A stretch of DNA of 64,000 nucleotides from Candidatus Poribacteria bacterium. GTDB taxonomy: Bacteria; Poribacteria; WGA-4E; WGA-3G. Below, piece after piece: positions 38,701-46,100 of this stretch (position 1 is its first letter; each line of letters begins with the position of its first letter). The stretch is taken from positions 2,560,001 through 2,624,000 of the forward strand of contig OZ244048.1 in NCBI GenBank assembly GCA_965215265.1. The letters are read 5' to 3'. The notes below the pieces were generated by a model. It was not told the DNA's origin, did no database searches, and worked only from the letters and a program-made list of their open reading frames with translations. The position numbers and the translations under genes are program-made.

Positions 38701-40102
38701 ACATGGAATCGTAATATGCTGTGAGGACGACGAGTTCGTCGCGAAGTGCCGGGTCTCCGCCTTCCAAAAAGCCGCGGATGTTTTGCCCGATGCCGCGTGT
38801 CCATCTCATTTGTCCGCGGACGCGGACGTTCACGTTTTGCTCCTGCGCGAGCATCGCTTGGAGTGCCGCGCCATCTGCTTTGGATATCCAAAAACGTGGG
38901 ATGTTTGCAGGGACGGTGCCGAACTTGTTCTCTGCCTCGCCACGAATTGTGGTTTCCGGTTCAATGAAGATGATGGCTGTCCCGCCGAGCATCTGTGCGT
39001 TGATATAGCGGGTGCTGGAATTAAAATCGAGGAGGACGATAGCGCCTTTGGGTATGAAAATGTGAGATTCGCTGGCGGCGACAAATTCGCCGGATTCATC
39101 AATTTGTCCGTCGTTGTTATTATCAATACCATCAGTCGCGTCGCCGGGAATCTCATCGGTCCAGCCATCGGCATCGTTATCAATGCCGTCGGAGGCCCAT
39201 CCACGGATTTCAGAAAGGAGTGGAATCTCGCCGTATTCATCAACGGTGCCGTCTTCGTCGTTATCGATGCCGTCGGATGCTTTCTGGAGATGTCCGTTGA
39301 GTACATCATCGGTGATGCTAGCTTCTGTGATGCGTTGTCGGCGTGCGAGCCCTGGGAGGGTATCTCCGTCTTGGAGTGCGTACCAAAAACCCCCGATCGG
39401 TGTGCCGTTGAAATCCGCGAGCTCCGCATCATCGCCGTAAAGCAGTGGGCCAGACAAACCCCCGGTGGGAATATAGACGGTGCTTCCTTCTACAACGGGT
39501 GTCGCAAGAAACCTATTTTTTTCATGTGCGCGGATAATGTCCGTTTCTACTTGGTAACTTTGGGCGATCTGTTCAAGGGTTTCACCCGCCAAGACGGTAT
39601 GTTTGATGCCATCAGCAAGGAGAGGTGTGCGGACCAGGTTCGGCCAAAAAGGTGTCAGTTTAAAGGTGTGTAGCACAGCGTCCTCGGTGGAAAGCACCTC
39701 AATGACACTATCGCCGTAGTCAATAGGGACGGTGACAGTAAATTCACGGCTTTCAACATTTTGTAAGCCGATGTCCACAAGCCGGTCGAAGATGTATTTG
39801 CTGCCGCTGGCGGCTTGCGGGTAACCGGTCACGCGCGTCTGAAGACTTGAGAGGCGTGCGATGTCTTTTCGAAGATTGCCGATAGATAACTCGTCTCGGA
39901 TTTGGATTGCTGCGGCCTTCATGCCGGGGTCGGATGTCTGTGCAACGCTACTCGGATTTAAGATAAATCCGAGCGATAGACAGAACCACGCCGTAAGAAG
40001 GTGTACGGATATATGGATTCGGGACATAAAATTCTCCATTGGTTTTTCTTTTTTTCGGTTCAGTCTCATTTCTCTTCTGAAAATCGAAAAATTTGCTTTC
40101 AC
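32732..40102 (-). CDS. Giant FtsX-like ABC permease with M28-peptidase-like ectodomain, two LysM-like modules and DGIDND Ca-binding-type repeats
   Basis: N-terminal signal/TM. M28-like 'VVLTAYYDS...PGAD..GIAVLLELAR'. FtsX C-terminus 'LGISNMRKRKGRTILT', 'NTMLGAVYERVREIGIYSSVGLAP', 'YPAIKASR'. Alternative starts at 40070/40040/40028. Confidence 0.88.
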   Translation of the reverse strand: MKANFSIFRREMRLNRKKEKPMENFMSRIHISVHLLTAWFCLSLGFILNPSSVAQTSDPGMKAAAIQIRDELSIGNLRKDIARLSSLQTRVTGYPQAASGSKYIFDRLVDIGLQNVESREFTVTVPIDYGDSVIEVLSTEDAVLHTFKLTPFWPNLVRTPLLADGIKHTVLAGETLEQIAQSYQVETDIIRAHEKNRFLATPVVEGSTVYIPTGGLSGPLLYGDDAELADFNGTPIGGFWYALQDGDTLPGLARRQRITEASITDDVLNGHLQKASDGIDNDEDGTVDEYGEIPLLSEIRGWASDGIDNDADGWTDEIPGDATDGIDNNNDGQIDESGEFVAASESHIFIPKGAIVLLDFNSSTRYINAQMLGGTAIIFIEPETTIRGEAENKFGTVPANIPRFWISKADGAALQAMLAQEQNVNVRVRGQMRWTRGIGQNIRGFLEGGDPALRDELVVLTAYYDSMSIVPAMAPGADPTGGIAVLLELARLFSLPEYRPGRSVLFVAIDAHFQGLAGMRAFMEGIGQDIVGGATDSPGTPTMHGLRRGLSTDIIEFEELGRRLLLSIDRSVLVDLPADFFYGIHTVKSDLDSLVITLDGLAETRSQIDLLNEEQRDFSERQKKQTDRNRKREKQGFTGEEKSRLLANLARAKKEALQTTHFLRDIVQRLADIRTVALDTSRIAQRDLIEKLALPIARLDTWAVEKLIRDIDQAKQSSSYGTHPNTAYLIPEQRGSDWYIPPPPDLPQELVADIEMLNNTVADWELSDKRKFALMWTPEKILDRHLDLPTLNRAKAARKVLGNASDSFEAAIQREKALLEKIASSITDSQPIEDQIKSSIRRLKEAPLGAAADSLLYSTRYLSVGGLQRLNTVDAQLKQRLTESEDTDTTAESNTILIADLLKDKQSLFEIALRNARLERIRIQNLLATHETLGREYLAEEQLILNNYLSPDDVEQALDVRSVIAAHITETSLFERVTQRAESDIVALHNLYERLPTLTGDLDEETKVLLRDNMLTLRNARFRNIQSRIEKMGRIDPDEYYRKLTQIEAAISLQDLFNRYYTSLYVSIDLSSQSNQFGVFNKGWFYDQQPEFVLRREFASIGNKLASYAEDADFGVRVRKLWQWTDDQIRQAVMAQQWNVAGGISDKTALEGKTLETLLSSHYAKLTGLSGVSRLMKMQFEQWRNRGEPSEDLLKDMDYVRKEVERFIRNDVRTAKKNRKNNIRTRERLNAMLRLRHEDPETFSEEEIEDIKILIGIAGLGGESNFINAISASGGKTWKTYIPGKIAFDSEVATLVGKTGIAFATIEDARVLTDTPLDTIDRVDLRQDGNLHQQAQTLASLLLQALRDPEMPTAARVGNFYCNLFGDVVEFDARESALPNKPVPYPILTLRRKHKTMMGVRGDLFVMGDNKGNFEVAGLAMEGRATRRLGGVQEVEAYILDADSGDIVYAPDLGNYGAKLLPNKIPINTRRRGCRVVTFPCVSTTIYDLVDQRYLRTLRELEVYDALTDSPPEKFGMSKPWQQEGVSAAEPIALVYSEPETRIKVGMAYGQIGKRLLLIKATKSGMKNPTLYTGEGFVVRENGQIRLTPYVVVRDMWWLDENRSRLYKRFGISSDRLDKLHQFANEYLARAEAELLQNDYQQALKLARAAWGYESRAYPDVKQTGNDVVNGVMFYLALLMPFAYFMERLIFGFPNIHKQILGTFGIFLLVFFFLSQVHPAFQITTTPVIILIAFVVLALTVIVISIIVRKFEEQLEKIRQEGNKLYKADVGRLSASAAAFSLGISNMRKRKGRTILTCSTLVILTFTVISFTSVRTFMHPNRTSLPQVTPRYTGLLIRDQYWRPLEEPVLTSVLNDMQKTQITVDALERLLERKNEQLVKQDRPPIDVAAALTSLQQDGFIEKIEDEPILTVRNIVAPRAWYQSSGTGDQSFVQLTRTSNTIDPSPPTNPLTGEALTFAANMLVGMNEAEPAVTGIDRYLEYGKWFTPEDSTDWPTEWPYAIVLPKGMAELLKITESDMGKATVSVYGADFTVVGVLGIGFKDLTDNDGEELTPVDYQLMQQQRSRGGTGDETLEGELQKYLHLTPDSVAVLPYEVVMNQGGTLRSVAVNMEPRQDDPQLLGAIDKLDLIMAPLMNRIALDFFVGRDKDTYLYSSIGMTSFSGMGNLFVPILIAALIVLNTMLGAVYERVREIGIYSSVGLAPVHIAFLFLAEACVYAIVGAVLGYLMGQAIATTLVNFGWLAGLTLNYSSMSTVVATIIVMAVVLLSTMYPAIKASRMAVPDIERKWKLPEPEGDVWHFNLPFTVLAEEALGLNVFMRDYFEAHADESASDFYTDQVAFQTDTEQDAYQIGMMVWLAPYDLGVSQSIQFVTSPVGGEEEDLYKITLDVHRESGEIASWKRVNRRFLNLLRKQLLIWRTFSVDVRAEFHERGREENGNTAETSGTTGLHPTLSSAG

Positions 40103-40321
40103 GCAAAAGGCACTCTATGGTTTCCATCAACGAACGAAAACGTGAAGGTTTGCGGTATTGCCCGTCAATCTGGTTCTAATTTTCATTTCAATATGGATTA
40201 TTGCAAAACTTTTCATTAAGTGTATCATAATTTCATTTTTTTTGGCAACTTAAATTTGCATCTGACGTGGCCTTAAGGTTATAATATATTTTACTTTAAG
40301 GTTTTAAAGGAGTTAATATGT

Positions 40322-40654
40322 ATGAATAAAGACAAGGTTGCCTTGCGTATAAAACAACGCCGGCATGAATTGCGGATAACGCAGACAGAATTAGCACAGA
40401 TTTCAGGGTTGACTCCGGCTGCAATTTCCCAATTTGAAGCAGGTACCCGGCACCCTTCGTTCAAGACACTCTCCGCTTTATCTAATGCGTTGAAAGTCAC
40501 ATCCGATTTCCTGATCGGTCAGACAGAAAAGCGTTACGAAGATCTTTTAGCCGACCCACGGGTTAGCGCGATGCTTAAGGGTATGATGGATTTGAACGAG
40601 TCAGACAAGGAGATACTCTTTAAATTCTACGAATTTCTGAAATCAAGACAATGA
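40322..40654 (+). CDS. XRE-family HTH transcriptional regulator
   Basis: 'RIKQRRHELRITQTELAQISGLTPAAISQFEAGTRHPSFKTL..LSNALKVT.DFLIG'. AAGGAG RBS, TATAAT at 40280-40285. Confidence 0.95.
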   Translation: MNKDKVALRIKQRRHELRITQTELAQISGLTPAAISQFEAGTRHPSFKTLSALSNALKVTSDFLIGQTEKRYEDLLADPRVSAMLKGMMDLNESDKEILFKFYEFLKSRQ

Positions 40655-40764
40655 TTTCGGATTCTAAATAACACCACTGCCAAAATCAGAGACAATCGTG
40701 AGATTAAATGATTTCAGATTCTAAATAACACCACTTTCAAAATTAGAGACAATTGCGAGATTAA
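40651..40764. repeat. 2 x 57-bp tandem direct repeat
   Basis: ATGATTTC(G/A)GATTCTAAATAACACCACT..CAAAAT(C/T)AGAGACAAT...GAGATTAA at 40651 and 40708. Confidence 0.9.
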
Positions 40765-40957
40765 AAGAACCATCATGTGCTAAAGTTGTTTTTTTTTTCT
40801 GAATCAGGTTTATAGTATTAGAGCCGTTGCGGTGGTGTGATGCGTGCTATACGCGTACTACGCTGCTGGTTCGAAATGCGAGCGGTATATCGCGCACAGG
40901 GGGGGCGAGCTCCTGTGCGTGCCTTTGTCAGAGGCGCGTAGACAATTGGAACGTCGC

Positions 40958-42007
40958 CTAATTTGGAATAAGACATACTTTCCCGAAATTTTGGCGTTTC
41001 TCCAAGCGGGTCTGTGCCTCGCTGGCATCGGAGAGTGGCATCACGGTGTCAATAATAGGGATGAGTTTACCCTGTCCAGCGAGCCGGATGAGCGTTCGGA
41101 GTTCAGTTATCGTCCCTAAGGCGGAGCCCATCACCGTTATCTCTTTCTGATACATTTTCCGGATATCAATTTCGGCAATGTTGCCGGTTGTAACACCACA
41201 TGTGACGAGGCGTCCGTTTTTGGCCAGGCTGGCGATGCTCTGCTGCCAGGTTGCTGTACCGATATGCTCGAGAACAACATCGACACCACGTCCATTCGTT
41301 TCTTTAAGTATGACATCTGAGAAGTCTGTCTCAGTGTAGTTAATGGTAACGTCTGCGCCGTGTTTTCGGGCGATTTCGCATTTCCGAGCGGTGCTGGCTG
41401 TTGCGAAGATGCGTGCCCCTGTGAGTTTAGCGAGCTGTAATCCTGCGCTTCCGACACTGCCACCGGCACCGAGTATCAATATATCTTCCCCAGGGTGCAG
41501 CTGCGCCCGCGTCATTAGCATGTGCCACGCGGTTAAGTAAGCTATCGGCATCGCCGACGCATTGACAAAAGATAAAGCGTCGGATATCCGGATTGCGTTT
41601 CGCGCAGGAACCTTGACATATTCCGCGTACCCGCCGTTCACTTGGAAGCCCAGCAACGCTTGGGTTTCACACAAATTTTCGGCACCACGGTGGCAATCGT
41701 TGCAGCTGCGGCAAGGAACACATGGCGCTAGGACAACACGGTCGCCAACGGAAACCGCATCCGCTACTCCACTCCCTATTTCTGCTACGACACCTGCAAT
41801 ATCAGAACCGAGAATATGCGGCGTATCGCCTTTACGAAGTTTTTCCGCAATTTCCGGACGGTTGCGCCGGGCATGGATATCTAAATAGTTGACCGCGCAC
41901 GCCTCGACTTGGACAAGAATGTCGGTGGTATCTATGACAGGTTTGGAGACCTCTGTATATTGTAGTACCTCAGGACCACCTTGTTGTGAAAAAACGACAG
42001 CTTTCAT
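40958..42007 (-). CDS. Zinc-binding alcohol dehydrogenase / MDR oxidoreductase
   Basis: 'HILGSDIAG', structural Zn motif 'CRSCNDCHRGAENLC', 'GAGGSVG', 'FGKVCL'. Confidence 0.93.
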   Translation of the reverse strand: MKAVVFSQQGGPEVLQYTEVSKPVIDTTDILVQVEACAVNYLDIHARRNRPEIAEKLRKGDTPHILGSDIAGVVAEIGSGVADAVSVGDRVVLAPCVPCRSCNDCHRGAENLCETQALLGFQVNGGYAEYVKVPARNAIRISDALSFVNASAMPIAYLTAWHMLMTRAQLHPGEDILILGAGGSVGSAGLQLAKLTGARIFATASTARKCEIARKHGADVTINYTETDFSDVILKETNGRGVDVVLEHIGTATWQQSIASLAKNGRLVTCGVTTGNIAEIDIRKMYQKEITVMGSALGTITELRTLIRLAGQGKLIPIIDTVMPLSDASEAQTRLEKRQNFGKVCLIPN

Positions 42008-42091
42008 ATTTTTTGTTGATTAGGCGTTCACTCCTACAGCCACTGTCTAGGTACGTTTGCCGAATTTGTGGGTAAGAAGCGTTATAAAAAC

Positions 42092-42901
42092 CTAACCGTA
42101 AGCCCCGTGGTTTAAGAAACCGAGCAGACGGCGTAGACGCGGATCGGCATCTTGATATACCGTCTCAGGCATGGCGTAGTTGATAAAGGGGTAATACTTA
42201 TGCCCGATGAGCCGGCGAGCATAAGTAACCTGCGTGATATAGCGGATGCGTTGACTCTGATTCGGTCCGCCGCGATGCCAGACTTGGTTATTAAACATGA
42301 TAACGCTGCCGGCGTTTCCGAGATTATAGTGAATTTTTTCTGCCCACTCCGTCCCTTCCACCGACCGCGGTGGCGAGGCGCCGAACAGATGGGATCGAGG
42401 GATAACCTCTGTGCCGCCGTGTTCAATGTCGGTTACATCTGTGAGATAGTAATTTGCTGTGAACAACAGCACCGGTAGGCGTACGTTCTTTGGGGGTTCT
42501 CCATCTGTGACAAGGTAGTGCGGTGCATCGTCCTGATGCCATGTGGTGATGCCGCCCCCCGGGAACGTCTGAAACGAATTGTTATGGATAACGTGGCAGT
42601 TTTCTGCAACTAGTGCTTCTGCAAAAGAGACAATCGGCTCCAAATCAAACAAGCGGCGATTTGCTTCGCTGTGTTCAAACATGCGATGGCTTAAGTGCAT
42701 AGAGCCTGCACGGCTGCCGCTGTTTAAGCCGTTCGGGTTGTTTTTTAGTGCCCACTCTAAATCCTGCCGGAGTTCCACGCAGTGCTCGGGGCGTAACACG
42801 TTTTGTAGGAAAAGGAAGCCTTCGCGGTGGAATCTCTCGACCCATTTCTGAATTTGTGCATCACTCACGCGCTGCTCTGCTAAATAGGATGTTTGTGCCA
42901 T
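42092..42901 (-). CDS. Phytanoyl-CoA dioxygenase (PhyH) family Fe(II)/2OG oxygenase
   Basis: 'FHREGFL', 'WHQD', 'GGTEVIPRSH', 'VWHRG' give the HxD...H triad. Confidence 0.9.
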   Translation of the reverse strand: MAQTSYLAEQRVSDAQIQKWVERFHREGFLFLQNVLRPEHCVELRQDLEWALKNNPNGLNSGSRAGSMHLSHRMFEHSEANRRLFDLEPIVSFAEALVAENCHVIHNNSFQTFPGGGITTWHQDDAPHYLVTDGEPPKNVRLPVLLFTANYYLTDVTDIEHGGTEVIPRSHLFGASPPRSVEGTEWAEKIHYNLGNAGSVIMFNNQVWHRGGPNQSQRIRYITQVTYARRLIGHKYYPFINYAMPETVYQDADPRLRRLLGFLNHGAYG

Positions 42902-42958
42902 GTTGCTACCTCGTCAATTTGTAATATCTCTTGCACGGTGCCTCCCTGAAAAACGTTA

Positions 42959-43040
42959 ATTCGTCTACTGGCGCCCAATAAAGGCGACTGCAATGCTAAA
43001 ACCTGTGAAAACCTCGTCAGAGCCGTTTTATGTGTAGATT
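42959..43040. repeat. Copy of the dispersed ~80-bp repeat arm
   Basis: Its reverse complement GGCTCTGACGAGGTTTT...CGCCTTTATTGGGCGCCAGTAGACGAA matches 32575-32639. Confidence 0.8.
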
Positions 43041-43175
43041 TTACCATGCCTCGGACATTGTGACCGGAAGTGAGTCCGGGGTGTTTTCAAACTTGCGAGC
43101 CAAAATGTCCTCTTATTTTGATAAGCCACTATAAAACGTTTTATCAGCGCTAGTTTTCGAGCGCGATGCCAACGT

Positions 43176-46100
43176 TTACTTTCGGATGAGCATCTTGCGT
43201 GTTGCTATGAAATCCGGTGCCGTAAGCGTGTAAAAGTAGATACCGCTCGCCACCGGCTCGCCTAAGGTGTTACAGCCATCCCAATACGCGGCGCGTCCTT
43301 TCTGCCGATAACTACCTGCAGGCTGATACCCCACCTCCAATCTGCGAACCACTTTTCCAGCCACCCCATAGATGGTTAGCGTCACAGGTCCTGGGGCCGA
43401 CAATTGATACGGTATCCACGTCTCTGGATTGAACGGATTGGGGTAATTGGGCAGCAATGCCGTCTCTTTCGGCAGTAATGCGGCGAGCAGCTGCTCTAAA
43501 ATCGCTACCACGCGCTGCTGCGCCGGATCCGTGAGTGCCGAGTGGCGTGCCTCGTCAAGCCAGTGCTGAAGCTCAGCGACAGAGCGCCCTGACAACGTGA
43601 CAGCCCGCGCAGCCGGGGATGCCGCGTCTCCGAGTGCCTCGGCCACAGCAATCCAATCCTGAAGGTCTACAACCCCATCGCCGTTCACATCCGCACTGTC
43701 CGTGCCGGTCTGCCCCAAACGGAGGGTAACCAACTCCAAGTCTGCGATAGTCACCAATCCATCGCCATTCACATCCACGGCGAGTGGCATCGGTATCGTG
43801 CTCCTCGCGCTAAAGGTTACGGGATACCTTATCTCCGCCGCCGTCACGCGCACTTGGTTCACCCCCGGATTCGCGCCCAAGATGAGGGTGCTCTGTGCCC
43901 TGCCGTTGGCATTGGTTGTGGCAGTGGTGGCCAGGAGCCGTCCACCCCCTTCGGTGACGGTGAACTGTACAGAGACACCGGACATCGGCTTGCCGTGTTC
44001 ATCCTGTGCACTGATAACGAACGCACGCGGCAGCTGTGTGCCGGCTTCGCCTTCTTGGCTCTCACCGGAGATTTTTACCAAGGCGGCTTGTGGGTTCGGG
44101 TCAAACGTCACGTTCACGCCGTTCGCCTGCAGTGCGGGGATATGCGTGTGGATAGCCGCATGGTTCAGCGGGTTGTACCGCAGGCGCAGCTCTGTCAGTT
44201 GTGTTAACCCTGATAGCGTAGAGATATCCAAGATGGAGTTGTTCCCTAGATTCAGAAAAGTGAGTTGTGTTAACCCTGATAGCACGGAGACATCCGAGAT
44301 GGAGTTGTTCCCTAGATTCAGAAAAGTGAGTTGTGTTAACCCTGATAGCACAGATACATCCGTGATGGCATTGTTAACAAGATACAGCGATGTCAGTTGT
44401 GTTAGGCCTGATAGCACAGATACATCCGTGATGGCATTGTTACCAAGATACAGCGATGTCAGTTGTGTTAGGCCTGCCAGCGGAGAGATATCTGTGATGG
44501 CGTTGCCCCAAAGATTCAGCGATGTCAGTTGTGTTAGGCCTGCCAGCGGAGAGATATCCGAGATACCGTTGTACGAAAGTCCCAGCGATGTGAGTTGTGT
44601 TAGGCCTGATAGCGGAGAGATATCCGTGATGGGGTTGTCCCAAAGTTCCAGCGATTTCAGTTGTGTTAGGCCTGCCAGCGGAGAGATATCTGTGATGGGG
44701 TTGCCCCCAAGATACAAATATGTCAGTTGTGTTAGGCCTGCCAGCGGAGAGATATCTGTGATGGTGTTGTCCCTAAGATTCAAAAAATATGTCAGTTGTG
44801 TTAGGCCTGATAGCGGAGAGATATCCGTGATGGCGTTGCCCCAAAGATTCAGCGATTTCAGTTGTGTTAGGCCTGCCAGCGGAGAGATATCCGTGATGGT
44901 GTTGTCCCTAAGATACAAATATGTCAGTTGTGTTAGCTTCTCAAGCGGCGACAGATCCGTTACCGCATTGCTGTTGACAAACCCCTCTCCTGCAATATAC
45001 TCACCACCTAGGTTCAGTCTTCTCAGATGGCGTGCGTGTTCAAGTCCAGTGAGGTCTGTTATCTGACGGTTCGGGGCTTCAAGATGCGTTAACGCGAGCA
45101 TCGCATGCGTCGTGAGCGCAGTCCTTCGTGCCAAACCGAGCGATTCCTGCACGGCGGCGGCTAAGTTCGCATCCGGGATGAAGATCGCTTCAGGCGGCAG
45201 TTGTATTAAGCGTAACAGTGCAGAAATATCCGAGATACCGTTCAGCGATGTCAGTTGTGTTAGGCCTGCCAGTGCAGAGAAATCTGTGATGGGGTTGCCC
45301 GAAAGACTCAAATCTGTCAGTTGTGTTAACCCTGATAGCACAGATACATCCGAGATGGCATTGTCACCAAGATCCAGCGATATCAGTTGTGTTAGCTTCT
45401 TAAGCGGCGACAGATCCGTTACCGCATTGCTGTTGACAAGCCCCTCTCCTGCAATATACTCACCCCCTAGGCTCAGTGCTCTCAGACTGCGTGCGTGTTC
45501 AAGTCCGGTGAGGTCTGTTATCTGACGGTTCGGGGCATTAAGATGCGTTAACGCGAGCATCGCATGCGTCGTGAGCGCAGTCCTTCGTGCCAAACCGAGC
45601 GATTCCTGCACGGCGGCGGCTAAGTTCGCATCCGGGATGAAGACCGCTTCAGGCGGCGGCAGCAGCGAGACAACATCAATAGGGAAGCCGTCCCATGTAG
45701 TGAAAGTGTTCCCACGTACATCCATAACGCTAAGGCCTACCACCTTATTTTGGGGGGATAATCTGGTTGTGACAATTTCAACTTCAACCTTGCTGCGTGC
45801 GGTGCCGTTGAATGTTTTGCATTCAAGCACTTCCCAGAACCCTTTAGCTTGACCCGCAAGTGTTTTTGTCAGCACCTGTGCTTGGTAGAGTCCGTCGGGT
45901 TCGGTAACCTCAAAACGGAGGCGGATAGCATTCGGGGGTGCGGCGAGGCTCGCGGCGAGCATTTTGACCGCGGTGCGTCTGTCCTCGAAGTCAGTTGGGT
46001 CGGTATTGAAGGCGCGGTGGACATCCAAAAATGCAGCATCGCATTCGGATAGCCGAGATAGGTCGCCGTCGTAAGACATAATGGAGGTATCACTGCCGAA

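Noticed and set aside
38783-39673. 296-aa plus-strand ORF
   Set aside because: Antisense to the giant permease with no recognisable motifs.
40651-40764. Mini-CRISPR array
   Set aside because: Two contiguous 57-bp copies with no unique spacer and no cas genes.
40865-40885. tRNA (GGTTCGAAAT T-loop-like)
   Set aside because: No cloverleaf or acceptor stem can be formed.
44170-45660. Diversity-generating retroelement TR/VR pair
   Set aside because: Both duplicated blocks are in-frame coding, differences are not adenine-specific, and there is no reverse transcriptase in the window.
43702-45852. Long plus-strand ORFs (454, 137 and 93 aa)
   Set aside because: Antisense shadows of the LRR repeats.
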